NCBI GenBank assembly: GCA_965197905.1
Contig: CBDAOB010000005.1
Location: forward strand, 1,408,001-1,472,000
Direction of reading: 5' to 3'
DNA length: 64,000 bases
From: Candidatus Latescibacterota bacterium
Lineage (GTDB): Bacteria; Latescibacterota; UBA2968; UBA8231
In this document: positions 20,951-30,838 of the stretch, piece after piece
Layout of the letters: each line of letters starts with the position of its first letter
Position numbering within the stretch: the first letter of the stretch is position 1
Notes under the pieces: model-generated
Told to the model about the DNA's origin: nothing
The model's input: the letters and a program-made list of their open reading frames with translations, nothing else
Database searches by the model: none
Position numbers and translations under genes: made by a program

Positions 20951-22105
20951 ATGAAAAAGATTGCCATTCTCGGGTGCACCGGATCCATAGGCGACACCAC
21001 CTTCAGGGTCCTCGAAGAACTGGAAGGGGAGTTCCAAGTCGTCGGTTTGAGCGCGGGTCGGCGCACGGAGAAATTGTTGATCCGTGCGGCAGGGTGTGGA
21101 GCTTTACGCGTCTGTGTGGGGGCGGTCCAGGAGGAAGCCGCGGCTAGAGCCAGTTTGCCCGGAATTGACGTGGTTTCCGGTCCGGAAGGACTCGTGTCGT
21201 TGGCCACCGACGGGGAAGTGGACCTGGTCGTCAATGCCCTGGTGGGTCGTGTCGGTCTCGAACCGACAATAGCTGCTCTGCGGGCGGGCAAGGTAGTGGC
21301 CTTGGCCAACAAGGAGCCGATCGTCATGGCCGGCGAACTTATCATGTCAGCGGCGGCGAAACATGGAGGTGCGCTGTTGCCTCTGGACAGCGAGCCGAAC
21401 GCCATATGGCAATGTCTAAAAGGGGAGCGCAAGGACGAGATAAGCCGCATAATTCTCACGGCGTCGGGCGGGCCCTTCTTCGGCTGGACCGCCGAGGAGA
21501 TGGGAACCATAACGCTCCAACAGGCGCTGAATCATCCGACCTGGACTATGGGTCCGAAGATCACCGTCGACTCGGCGACCCTGATGAACAAAGGGTTCGA
21601 AGTGATCGAAGCCAGCTGGTTGTTCGATCTGAGCATCGAACAGGTCGACGTTGTCGTCCACCGCGAGTCGACCGTTCACTCAATGGTCGAATTTGTGGAC
21701 GGCGCGATTCTTGCCCATCTGGGCAAAACGGATATGTTCCTTCCCATACAATACGCCCTTACCCATCCCTCCAGACGCAGAACGCCGCTGGCGTCGCTCA
21801 ATCTGCTGGAGCTGGGTGCGTTGCACTTCGCGGCGCCAGATCGGGAAAACTTCCCCTGCCTGGATCTATGTTATTCGGCTGGACGGGAGGGGGGAACGGC
21901 CCCGGCCGCATTGAGCGCCGCCAACGAGGTCGCGGTGGCCGAGTTTCTGGCCGGAAGAGCCGGCTTTGTAGACATTAGCGAAACCAATCGGCGGGTTCTC
22001 GATGGCTGGGTTAACCGCGCCGCCGACAGCATCGAAATCGTGGTCGAAGCGGACCGCGAGGCGCGCGAGGTGGCTCGCCGAAACCTCGCCGCGCTCAGCG
22101 TCTGA
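20951..22105 (+). CDS. dxr: 1-deoxy-D-xylulose-5-phosphate reductoisomerase
   Basis: ILGCTGSIG, LANKE, DSE, TASGGPF, HPTWTMGPKITVDSATLMNKG. Confidence 0.95.
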   Translation: MKKIAILGCTGSIGDTTFRVLEELEGEFQVVGLSAGRRTEKLLIRAAGCGALRVCVGAVQEEAAARASLPGIDVVSGPEGLVSLATDGEVDLVVNALVGRVGLEPTIAALRAGKVVALANKEPIVMAGELIMSAAAKHGGALLPLDSEPNAIWQCLKGERKDEISRIILTASGGPFFGWTAEEMGTITLQQALNHPTWTMGPKITVDSATLMNKGFEVIEASWLFDLSIEQVDVVVHRESTVHSMVEFVDGAILAHLGKTDMFLPIQYALTHPSRRRTPLASLNLLELGALHFAAPDRENFPCLDLCYSAGREGGTAPAALSAANEVAVAEFLAGRAGFVDISETNRRVLDGWVNRAADSIEIVVEADREAREVARRNLAALSV

Positions 22106-22147
22106 TCGACAGTGATCAAACATTGACTCATAAGGCATACTCGGTCG

Positions 22148-22402
22148 ATGACCGACGAACAATCTGAACGCGCCGCGACGCACTTGGCGTATTGCCAGCT
22201 GTTCATGAGGGCGGCAACGGCGGTAATCATGGGCGCTTTCGTATTGATTGTCGTACTTACGACCGCGTCCACCGGTGCCTTCGTGCAAGTTGCGGCCAAG
22301 GTCCTCTACTACGTGATCGTAACCTCCGCGATCTTTTCGGTTGTTGTCTGGTTTTATAGGACCCGGATCGAAAAACGAATCAGAATACCGCGAGTTTTGT
22401 AG
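22148..22402 (+). CDS. Small two-TM hypothetical protein
   Basis: 84-aa ORF with two hydrophobic segments between dxr and the queD-like gene. Confidence 0.5.
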   Translation: MTDEQSERAATHLAYCQLFMRAATAVIMGAFVLIVVLTTASTGAFVQVAAKVLYYVIVTSAIFSVVVWFYRTRIEKRIRIPRVL

Positions 22403-22412
22403 TAGGTTCTCG

Positions 22413-22853
22413 ATGGAAGAGATCGAAGCCCGAGGAAAATTCCACGCCGCACATCGGCAGCTCGGATACAACGGCAAGTGTGCGTACGTACATGGTCATA
22501 CGTGGAGGGGAACCTTCACCGTCAAGGCCGAGCAGTTTCCTCGAGATCCCAAGCTCGACATGGGAGTCGACTTCGGTGCTTTGAAGGGGATTTTTCGGGC
22601 GCTGGACCATAAAATGCTGATCTCCGAGAAAGACCGAACCTTTCTGGAGGCCAAGCTCTTTGAGCCGGAAGGGGTCGTGGTGTTACCCGGAGAGAATCCA
22701 AGCGTCGAAAACGTCGCTTTGCACTGTCTCAAGGAAGCCGTAAGCGTCATCTCCGATGTCTTCCCTAACAGACACATAGAGTACCATATTAGAACCACGA
22801 TCCAAGAAACCGACAACAACTTCTTTACTCTGGAACGCAGTGTCACTATTTGA
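22413..22853 (+). CDS. QueD / 6-pyruvoyl-tetrahydropterin synthase family protein
   Basis: FHAAH, CAYVHGHTW, DFGALK, LDHK, PSVENVA, ET motifs; start ATG 22413. Confidence 0.8.
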   Translation: MEEIEARGKFHAAHRQLGYNGKCAYVHGHTWRGTFTVKAEQFPRDPKLDMGVDFGALKGIFRALDHKMLISEKDRTFLEAKLFEPEGVVVLPGENPSVENVALHCLKEAVSVISDVFPNRHIEYHIRTTIQETDNNFFTLERSVTI

Positions 22854-23104
22854 TGGCTAGAGACCGACTCATGAACGCGCGGGATGCCGCTACCTACTTG
22901 AGGTGTTCCGTGTCTACCGTTCGGCGTCTCGTACACGCCGGCGAGCTGCCCCATTACCGGTTGGGAAAGATGGTGCGGTTCCGGCGCAGCGAAATAGATG
23001 GTTGGCTGGCACTGCACCACGAAGGCGATCTCCCCCCCGAGCCCTTGGCTTTTAATCCCAACCAACTTTCCCTGTTCGAAAGCACCGTTGTACTCGGTCG
23101 CTGA
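22853..23104 (+). CDS. Excisionase-like HTH DNA-binding protein
   Basis: LMNARDAATYLRCSVSTVRRLV..GELP..RLG..VRFRRSEID pattern. Confidence 0.75.
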   Translation: MARDRLMNARDAATYLRCSVSTVRRLVHAGELPHYRLGKMVRFRRSEIDGWLALHHEGDLPPEPLAFNPNQLSLFESTVVLGR

Positions 23105-23146
23105 TCGAGCCCCATCTCACCGCAATCTCCCTGCGAGGAGCCTGGC

Positions 23147-24691
23147 ATGAGATTTTTCGTATTCGCGCTGGCGGTTGTGTGGTACTGCGGATGCGGCGAC
23201 AACAAGCGGGACAATCCGGCCGATCCGGAAGCTGGCGGCGATGGTGACGAAGAAGGGATTCAGCTTGTTGCCAATCTGCCCGAGGGAGGGTTTGCGGGTA
23301 ACAGCTCGGGTCTGGAGTCGATACGCTTCGAAGTCAGCGCGCCGGATATAACCCGCCCCGTCGAAGGCGCCATGAACCTCGTCGGCGACGAGGCGCGGGC
23401 GCTGGTACGGGACGTGCCCATCGGAACGGGTCGGGTGTTCCGGGTCGATGCCTTCGATGCGAATTCTATCCGCACCTTCTCGGCCTCGGATACCGTCGAC
23501 GTCACCGAGACGTCGCCGTTGAGCGTTGCCCTCATTCTTGAGCGCGTCGTCGGGGCGCTGGAGCTGACCTCGCAACTGCCGCCGGAGGTGGACACTTTGG
23601 CGGTGGCGATCACGGTGTCTGGAGATACGCTCCGGTTCTCATTTGGGGTTGAGAGCGAGGTCCTACAGGAGCGCATCGAGGACATACCCACCGGAACCGA
23701 CGTCGCCATTGCGATTACGGCGCTGGATCCGGATAAGCAGGTGTTATTTCGCAGGGACCTCACCCGCGACATTCGCGAGGATCTGGTTGCCCACATAACC
23801 CTTTCGGTGACCGCGGGAGCACTGCAGGTGGTGGCCCATTTCCCGGAGTATATCTCCATAGCCGAAATCGACCGCTTCAGCGATTCGGCAGGTACCTTCT
23901 TCCGCCGTGCCAATAATCCCGGACTCCCGGCAGCCAACGAAGCGATCAACATGGACGATGCCCGGTTTTTGTTGGGTGGCATAGGACCCAATGGCGAGCG
24001 CATAGAGTTCTATCATTTCGATGTGCGCACACCCGCACCAGCGCCGATCTACGTGCTGACCGACCGTAGAGGAGATTCGGTCGCCGGACAGTTGCCGATC
24101 TTCGATCTCGTCCCGGGAGACGAGGGACACAATGATTTCTGGCAGATTCACGAAGCCAGGGTCATCGACGCCGACTACAAGCCGAACGCTATCACCTCCC
24201 TGGAAGCGCTCACCGCGGCGGAATTGGAGATTTCCGCCACGAACGATGTACTCAACTGCGTGATGGTGCCGGCCGGCTCCATAGCCGGCAAGCGGTTCGA
24301 TGCCGGCGCGTCGAGGGCTCCAATGGACGGCTGGTACCGAGATCAGGTCGTGAAGTACTTCCTCTTCGAGGGGCTCAGCAGCACCGGTCTCGTGGACTTC
24401 AACGGGGAGGTGTTGAATACGCCGCAGATGTGGGGGTTCTTCGACAACGATCGGGATGTAGATGACGGGTTCGCCAAAGATTCCGCGACCGGGGACACCC
24501 ACAACGTCGCTACGCGGCTTCCCGGTGATGAAGGATATTCTCCGTTGTGGATTCTGCAGATCTTCAAGCTCGACGCCTTTGATCGCGTCACCGGATTGGC
24601 TAGCGCTCTTGATCAATCGCGCAACGAAGAGAATCTGCTGGAACTCACCGGACTCCTCTATATCAACGCGCCGATCGTCGGCAAGGACTAG
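23147..24691 (+). CDS. Putative lipoprotein with internally repeated PGDEG module
   Basis: Signal peptide with CGC-GD..DNPADP; PGDEGHNDFW and PGDEGYSPLW repeats. Confidence 0.65.
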   Translation: MRFFVFALAVVWYCGCGDNKRDNPADPEAGGDGDEEGIQLVANLPEGGFAGNSSGLESIRFEVSAPDITRPVEGAMNLVGDEARALVRDVPIGTGRVFRVDAFDANSIRTFSASDTVDVTETSPLSVALILERVVGALELTSQLPPEVDTLAVAITVSGDTLRFSFGVESEVLQERIEDIPTGTDVAIAITALDPDKQVLFRRDLTRDIREDLVAHITLSVTAGALQVVAHFPEYISIAEIDRFSDSAGTFFRRANNPGLPAANEAINMDDARFLLGGIGPNGERIEFYHFDVRTPAPAPIYVLTDRRGDSVAGQLPIFDLVPGDEGHNDFWQIHEARVIDADYKPNAITSLEALTAAELEISATNDVLNCVMVPAGSIAGKRFDAGASRAPMDGWYRDQVVKYFLFEGLSSTGLVDFNGEVLNTPQMWGFFDNDRDVDDGFAKDSATGDTHNVATRLPGDEGYSPLWILQIFKLDAFDRVTGLASALDQSRNEENLLELTGLLYINAPIVGKD

Positions 24692-24698
24692 CAGCCCG

Positions 24699-26963
24699 AT
24701 GGCATGTGAGCTGCAGATCAGCCGCGTTGCTGTTGTCGGGGCCGGCGTCATGGGAGCGCAGATCGCCGCTGCCTTCGCCAACGCCGGCCTGGAAGTGGAT
24801 CTGCTGGATCTGGCCGCGGACGACGATCCGGCGGGGCTCGCGAAGCGGGGTCTGGAACGTACCCTGAGTGCCCACCCTCCCGCATTCTATGTCCCCGAAC
24901 TTGCCGATCGTGTCACGCCCTTGGGGCTCGATAACCTGGATTCCCTCAGCACGGCTGATTGGGTGATCGAGGCGATCGTTGAACAGCTCGAACCCAAGCG
25001 CACCCTGCTGGAGCGGATCGAAGCGGCCGTCGCTTCCACGGCGATCATCAGCACAAACACGTCCGGACTGTGCATAAGCGGTCTCGTCGAGGGCCGATCG
25101 CAGGAATTCGCCGCGCGATTCCTTGGCACCCACTTCTTCAATCCACCGCGTCAGATGAGGTTGGTGGAGGTTGTTCCTGGCAGAGGAACGCGGGAGGGTC
25201 TCGCGGACCAAATGGCTGCGTTCTTGACCGATGTCCTCGGCAAGGAGGTAGTTTTCGCCCGCGACACGCCGAACTTCATCGCCAACAGGTTGGGAATCTT
25301 CGTTATCATGGATCTGCTCCACGGGATGGAGGAAGCCAACCTCAGCGTCGAGCAGGTAGATGGCTTGACGGGCCCCGTCCTGGGCCGCCCCAAGAGTGCC
25401 ACCCTGCGTCTATGCGATATCATCGGGCTGGATACCCTGGCCCACGTGGCGCAAACGTCGTACGACAATCTGCCCCACGACACGATGCGAGATCGGTTCG
25501 TTCCTTCCGCTACCCTGCGGAGGATGCTGGAGGCGGGTCTCATAGGTGCCAAAGCGGGCGGCGGTTTCTATCGCAAGGTCGACTCCAAGATCCAGGCGAT
25601 AGATCTGAAGACCCTGGAGTATCGGGATCTCCAAACCCCGGAATTCTCTGGTCTTGATACAGTGCTTCAAATTCGGGATCTGGGAGATCGGTTACGCCTC
25701 CTGTGGGCAGAGGGCGGCAACTTGAGTCGGTTTGCGCGCCAGCATATGACCAGCGTTCTCGAATATGCGGCCGACCACGCTGCGGAGATGGCCGCCGACG
25801 TCTCGGAGATCGATCGCGCCATGAAGTACGGTTTCAATTGGGTGGCCGGACCCTTCGAACTTTGGGACATGATCGGCGAACTCGTTTTGGAGGAGAAGCC
25901 GGTGCCGTTGCTGCTGGAGTCCGCGCAGCGGATGGCCGGCGGAAGCTTTTACGCAGGAGCAGGGGCCGACCAGCAGGCGCTCGAGACCACCGGCGATGCA
26001 CTAGTGCGCATTGCGGCGAAGCCATCGCCGCTTACGGGCGCGCACATAGTGAATGAGAATGACGGCGCCTGTCTTATGGACCTTGGTGATGGGCTGGGTG
26101 TATTGCAATTCCGTGGCAAGATGAATGCCATTGGACCGGAGGGGCTTGCTCTAGCGTTTGAAGCAGCGAACGGGAACGGATTCAAGTCACTGGTCCTATG
26201 CGGTGCCGGAGAATTGTTCTCGGTCGGTGCGAATCTGAAGCTCATCGACAATATGAGTGAAGCCCGCGACTGGAAAGCCCTGGAGCGCTACTTGTGCGAC
26301 TTCCAGAACTCGATTCGCGGACTGCAACGGGCGCCGTTTCCGGTGGTTGCCGCCCCCCGCGGGTTGGCGTTGGGAGGTGGGTGCGAATTCTGCCTTGGAG
26401 CAGACCTGCGCCTGGCCGCCGCCGAGCTTCGTATGGGTTTGGTGGAGACTCGAGTCGGTTTGATACCGGGGGGAGGAGGCTGCATGGAGTTGGTGCGAAG
26501 GTTCGGGGAGGATATAGAAAAAGGATTCAGGATCATCTTTCAGGGTCAGTTTACCGACAACGCCTACGAAGCTCGGCAGCGCGGGCTGCTGGGAGACGAA
26601 GACCGCATAACCTTGCGTGAAGATGGGTTATCCGCCGCGATCGCCTGGGCCCGCGAAAGGGCAACCGAAGAGTACCTCCCGCCGTCTCCGGCGATGCTTC
26701 GCGTGGCTGGTGCGACCGGCATAGATCGGCTCGAGAATTGGCTTGAAGAGCAGAAAGGTGCAGAGCAGATAACGACCTATGACAGAACAGTGGGTCGCAG
26801 CGTCACCAGAGTACTGTGTGGTGGCGAGACCCGCGCCGCCCAGATGGAGGAGCAGGAGCTCCTCGATCTGGAGCGCGAGGAGTTTCTGAAACTGTGCGGC
26901 AACGAGGAAACCCGCCAGCGGATCAAATATATGTTGAAAACCGGCAAACCACTGCGCAACTGA
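24699..26963 (+). CDS. 3-hydroxyacyl-CoA dehydrogenase / enoyl-CoA hydratase (FadN-like)
   Basis: VVGAGVMG, EAIVE, STNTSG, HFFNPPR, FSVGANL, LGGGCE, KTGKPLRN; start ATG 24699. Confidence 0.92.
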   Translation: MACELQISRVAVVGAGVMGAQIAAAFANAGLEVDLLDLAADDDPAGLAKRGLERTLSAHPPAFYVPELADRVTPLGLDNLDSLSTADWVIEAIVEQLEPKRTLLERIEAAVASTAIISTNTSGLCISGLVEGRSQEFAARFLGTHFFNPPRQMRLVEVVPGRGTREGLADQMAAFLTDVLGKEVVFARDTPNFIANRLGIFVIMDLLHGMEEANLSVEQVDGLTGPVLGRPKSATLRLCDIIGLDTLAHVAQTSYDNLPHDTMRDRFVPSATLRRMLEAGLIGAKAGGGFYRKVDSKIQAIDLKTLEYRDLQTPEFSGLDTVLQIRDLGDRLRLLWAEGGNLSRFARQHMTSVLEYAADHAAEMAADVSEIDRAMKYGFNWVAGPFELWDMIGELVLEEKPVPLLLESAQRMAGGSFYAGAGADQQALETTGDALVRIAAKPSPLTGAHIVNENDGACLMDLGDGLGVLQFRGKMNAIGPEGLALAFEAANGNGFKSLVLCGAGELFSVGANLKLIDNMSEARDWKALERYLCDFQNSIRGLQRAPFPVVAAPRGLALGGGCEFCLGADLRLAAAELRMGLVETRVGLIPGGGGCMELVRRFGEDIEKGFRIIFQGQFTDNAYEARQRGLLGDEDRITLREDGLSAAIAWARERATEEYLPPSPAMLRVAGATGIDRLENWLEEQKGAEQITTYDRTVGRSVTRVLCGGETRAAQMEEQELLDLEREEFLKLCGNEETRQRIKYMLKTGKPLRN

Positions 26964-27006
26964 TTTGCAGGGCTGGCTACTCTGATCTTATCCCCCATGG
27001 CGTGAG

Positions 27007-28221
27007 ATGTCCGAGCTCACCGACGCGCTGAGCGTCATCGGAGCGGCACTGGATGCCGATTCCCTAGGAGATCTGCAGAGCAGGTTACCGGCGGACCTGA
27101 GGCCGGCAGTTGGCACCCACGATCGAGGGGCCACGCCATCCGAAGAAGAGTTGAAGCGCGCCATCGCCGTCGTTGTCGCGGCGGACCCCAAGGCGGCACA
27201 CCTCATTCAACTCCACATGTTTCCCTTCGAAGATCTGGATCTGTTGAAGGATGCCGAGATCCAGACATTGATGATGCACGTGGACAATCCCACGCTCGTG
27301 CAGGCTCTTCTCGGGGCAGATGAAGTGCTCTCGGCACGACTTCTGCAGAATCTATCGGCGCGGCGTCGCGCCATTGTGCAGGACGATTTGGAGCGTGCAG
27401 AGCAGGAATTGGAGCGTGCAGAGCAGGAAGAGGTGGTAATGGCGCAGAGGAGCATACTCGACGAGGTGCGCCGGCAGTACGATGCGGGGCGCATCGACAC
27501 CTATTTCGGGTCGGCGGAGCGCAAGGTGCGGGGTCCGACGACGACAGAAGATGCGAAGGGAGTAAAACCTAAGAAGAAACGCAAGCCGAAAGCGACTCGT
27601 CGAGGTGGGATGAAACTGATATGGCTGGCCGCCGTCATCGCTGTGGCCGGCGTCTTGTGGCTCGTTGTTGGCATGATGGGTTCCTCGTCGGAGCAGGCAT
27701 CAAAAGAGGTACCGGCCGTAAAGGCAAAGAGGTCCGGCGGCATCGTCTCGAAGAAGAAAGCAGATGCCCAACCGAGTCGCACGAGTCGGCGTGGCAAACA
27801 GAGGCGATCGCAGACGCTGGCGCCGGGAGACTCATTGAAGACGGATAGTGCGGCCGCCGTGGTCAGGCTGCCTGGCGCCACGGTACGCACCGATGTCGAA
27901 ACTGAAATTCACCAACGAGATGACCGCGAGGGAAACCCAGGTCCACTCTACCTCCGCCTGGGTTCCGTCCGCGTCGAGGTCCTGCGGGATGACTTCATTC
28001 TGCAAACGCCGGTCGTCGAGATTTCGGGTAGCGTGGGTTCTCGGTTTGCGACCAGAGTTGTTTTAGATGCAACAACCCGAGTCAACGTGGAGCGAGGAAC
28101 CGTGTTGGTAAGATCTTTACTAGAATCGAATCGACATTGGGTGATTAGCGAAGGTAAGCAGGGGCAGTTCGATTCCAGTGGCCGCGTTCAAATCGGCAAC
28201 AACGAGGCAAGGCGGAAATAG
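27007..28221 (+). CDS. FliG C-terminal-like domain + TM + FecR-like domain protein
   Basis: MFPFEDL..L.DAEIQTLM..VDN..LVQALLGA...NLSARR (FliG-C-like), TM helix, LAPGDSLKTDS..LRLGSV..TPVVEI..V.RG.V (FecR-like). Confidence 0.65.
   Translation: MSELTDALSVIGAALDADSLGDLQSRLPADLRPAVGTHDRGATPSEEELKRAIAVVVAADPKAAHLIQLHMFPFEDLDLLKDAEIQTLMMHVDNPTLVQALLGADEVLSARLLQNLSARRRAIVQDDLERAEQELERAEQEEVVMAQRSILDEVRRQYDAGRIDTYFGSAERKVRGPTTTEDAKGVKPKKKRKPKATRRGGMKLIWLAAVIAVAGVLWLVVGMMGSSSEQASKEVPAVKAKRSGGIVSKKKADAQPSRTSRRGKQRRSQTLAPGDSLKTDSAAAVVRLPGATVRTDVETEIHQRDDREGNPGPLYLRLGSVRVEVLRDDFILQTPVVEISGSVGSRFATRVVLDATTRVNVERGTVLVRSLLESNRHWVISEGKQGQFDSSGRVQIGNNEARRK
27388..27429 (+). repeat. 21-bp in-frame tandem duplication (LERAEQE x2)
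   Basis: TTGGAGCGTGCAGAGCAGGAA occurs twice back to back. Confidence 0.9.
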
Positions 28222-28340
28222 GACATGCCGATTGTCCCTCGGAACACGGAAATGAAAAGCAGACGTGCTTCTTGTTAAAAAGGAGATTTTTCGGGTTGCA
28301 AAACACCTCAAAAAAAACTGAAAAAAATGCCAGAAAAGCG

Positions 28341-28368
28341 TTGTCAAAAATATGTTGCTACTTATATT
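28341..28368 (+). promoter_or_regulatory. Putative promoter of the sigma factor gene with upstream A-tracts
   Basis: TTGTCA-N16-TATATT preceded by several A-tracts (28275-28338). Confidence 0.45.
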
Positions 28369-28517
28369 TGACTGAATCCCAACGATTTCCCCTCCCTAAG
28401 CAACTCCCTTTGCAGTAGGAAACTCCCTTCACAGTTGCATGAAGTTTCATAGTACGTCAAGATCTCTCCCCGGGGATCTGTGTGCTGTGGAATTCGTAAT
28501 AGGAGGTTAGTGCGTAT

Positions 28518-29363
28518 ATGACCGCGTTGCAAACAGACACGCTGGTCGATCAGTACTTTCACGAAATCGAAAGTTCTGTGGGATTATCCGCGGCAGATGA
28601 GATCAAGGTTGCCAAGAAAATCAAGAAGGGCAGCGAAGAAGCATTGTCAGATCTCGTAAAGGCAAACCTGCGGTTTGTAGTGAGTGTGGCAAAGCAGTAC
28701 CAGAATCTCGGCTTGCCGCTGTCGGATCTCATCAACGAGGGAAACCTCGGTCTCATCATCGCTGCCAAGCGCTTCGACGGTAGCAAAGGTTTCAAGTTCA
28801 TTTCCTACGCGGTGTGGTGGATTCGGCAATCCATCCTGCAGGCTCTTGCCGAGCAGTCGCGAATCGTACGCCTGCCATTGAATCGGATAGGCGAGCTGAC
28901 CCGCGTCAACAAATGCCTCAACAAGCTCGAGCAGCGTTTGGGGCGACCACCCGAAGTAGATGAGATCGCAGACGAGCTCAATACCCAGGTCGAGGACATG
29001 GATCTTCTGTTGCGTCTGGCGCAGCGGCCCGTGTCATTGGAGACCCCCTGCGACGATAGCGAGCCAGATCGGTGTTTCGGGGATCTCATTCCCGACGACA
29101 CCATCGAATCCAGCGACGACGTGCTTTCGGAAGACGAGCTAAAAGACGAAATCACGCGGTCGATGCATGCCCTGACCGATGGCGAAGCCCGAGTCTTGAA
29201 GATGTATTACGGTCTTGCCGGCCACGAACCGATGACGCTGGAAGAAATCGGAGCTTACGTGGGACGCACCCGGGAACGGGTGCGCCAGATCAAGGAAAAA
29301 GCATTACAGAAGCTGCGCCACCCGGCGCGCAGCGACTCGCTCAAGGAGTATTACGGGGAGTAA
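28518..29363 (+). CDS. Sigma-70 family factor (RpoD/RpoS-like, lacking region 1.1)
   Basis: ANLRFVVSVAKQY, DLINEGNLGL, GFKFISYAVWWIRQ, TLEEIG..TRERVRQIKEKAL. Confidence 0.93.
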   Translation: MTALQTDTLVDQYFHEIESSVGLSAADEIKVAKKIKKGSEEALSDLVKANLRFVVSVAKQYQNLGLPLSDLINEGNLGLIIAAKRFDGSKGFKFISYAVWWIRQSILQALAEQSRIVRLPLNRIGELTRVNKCLNKLEQRLGRPPEVDEIADELNTQVEDMDLLLRLAQRPVSLETPCDDSEPDRCFGDLIPDDTIESSDDVLSEDELKDEITRSMHALTDGEARVLKMYYGLAGHEPMTLEEIGAYVGRTRERVRQIKEKALQKLRHPARSDSLKEYYGE

Positions 29364-29380
29364 GAGAGCTGGCCGGTTCC

Positions 29381-29409
29381 TTGACAGAAATTGGGCGGCC
29401 GGCTAATTT
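29381..29409 (+). promoter_or_regulatory. Promoter of tRNA-Asn
   Basis: TTGACA-N17-TAATTT just upstream of the tRNA. Confidence 0.65.
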
Positions 29410-29441
29410 TTTTCGCGTTATTTGACGTGTAATTCGGTTAT

Positions 29442-29517
29442 TCCGGCGTAGCTCAGCTGGCAGAGCGGGTGGCTGTTAACCACTTGGTCGTAGGTTCGAG
29501 TCCTACCGCCGGAGCCA
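29442..29517 (+). tRNA. tRNA-Asn (GTT)
   Basis: 76 nt; acceptor stem TCCGGCG/CGCCGGA, D-arm AGCTCAGCTGGCAGAGC, anticodon loop CTGTTAA, T-loop GGTTCGAGTCC, encoded CCA. Confidence 0.96.
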
Positions 29518-30020
29518 TTTTTTCGAGCCCTAACTACAGCGACTCGATAGTTAACGCGAAGCGCCGGAGGGTGACCCCTTCGGGGTCTCGTCGTACCTGG
29601 CGCTTTTCCAAGGAGTTACGCCCCCTCCTACATGCTCCTCGATTCTCCGGTTCGTAAATTCAACTTGGGGTGCCGCGTGCAACCAGGGGGGTTGCGCACG
29701 CCCACCCCGCGATTTCGTCTGCGGATTCTCCGATTCTCCATTTTTCGTTCCGCGTTGTTTAACAGCCCTTTTCGCCTCGGACCCCCGAGTTTCGACATTT
29801 CCTAACCCGCGCCGGTAGGTATCCATCGGAAGCCGGGCCACGGGGGTCCGGCTGATCACCAGACAGCGGTCGTGGCCGTGAGAACGGAGCCCGTTGTGGG
29901 TGCCGGCGACATCGCCCTGGGGCGGTGTTGAGCGGACTCCAACGGCTCTGACGACCGTTCCGTCCCCCACGGCATCCACGACACCTCCTCTTCCGCGGGC
30001 CCGCCGCGAAGGAGGACCGG

Positions 30021-30224
30021 ATGCCGCCCAGCCCGCCCATCCCTCACATCCTCGATGACGTGGTCGCCGAGATCGCCTCGATCCTGGCGCAAGGCTACCT
30101 GCGGCACCGGAAGAGGCGCCGTATCTCGCCCGAACCAGGGAGTGAGGCCAAGAAAGTCCAATATTCCCAAGTGGTTACGGAGAAACGACTTGATAGTTCG
30201 GGCCGCCGCAGCCTTCATTCATGA
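30021..30224 (+). CDS. Small hypothetical protein preceding DUF2924
   Basis: RBS AGGAGG; EIASILAQGYLR motif typical of genes upstream of DUF2924-recombinase modules. Confidence 0.5.
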   Translation: MPPSPPIPHILDDVVAEIASILAQGYLRHRKRRRISPEPGSEAKKVQYSQVVTEKRLDSSGRRSLHS

Positions 30225-30301
30225 CACGAGTTAACGCCCCGGAGACGGCGAGGCGGAGGGACCGCCCGCCAGGGGCCGAGTCCATGAAGAGGAGGATCTG
30301 G

Positions 30302-30838
30302 ATGGAAGCAGACACGTATCAACAGATCCAGGAGTTGTCGCGGCTGACCGTCGGCCAACTGCGGGAGAAGTACCTGGACGTCTTCGGCGAGGAGACCCGC
30401 GCCCGCCATAAGGAGTTTCTGCGCAAGCGCATCGCCTGGCGCTTGCAGGCCCGAGCCGAGGGCGACCTCTCGGAGCGCGCCCGCCGCCGCGCCGCGGAGC
30501 TGGCCGACGACGGCGATCTTCGGCTGCGCGCCCCCCGCGATCCGGTTCGGCCTGGCTCGGCGGACGTGCGAGCGCGAACGACGAAAGGTCGCCTCCCGCC
30601 CTCGCGTGATCCGAGACTGCCGCTGCCCGGCACGCTGCTGGCGCGCGAGTTCCGGGGCCGCGACGTCGTGGTCAAGGTCCTCGACGAGGGCTTCGAGTTC
30701 GAGAACCGGCGCTACCGGTCGCTGTCCGCCATCGCCCAGGAAGTCACGGGCAGCAAGTGGAACGGGTTCCTCTTCTTCGGCCTCGGCGACGGTGGCGCAC
30801 CCGCAAACGGGCACACGCGCCAGGGGGTGAGCGAATGA
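30302..30838 (+). CDS. DUF2924 domain protein
   Basis: RIAWRLQARAEG, PGTLLAREFRG, YRSLSAIAQEVTGSKWNGFLFFGL. Confidence 0.85.
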   Translation: MEADTYQQIQELSRLTVGQLREKYLDVFGEETRARHKEFLRKRIAWRLQARAEGDLSERARRRAAELADDGDLRLRAPRDPVRPGSADVRARTTKGRLPPSRDPRLPLPGTLLAREFRGRDVVVKVLDEGFEFENRRYRSLSAIAQEVTGSKWNGFLFFGLGDGGAPANGHTRQGVSE

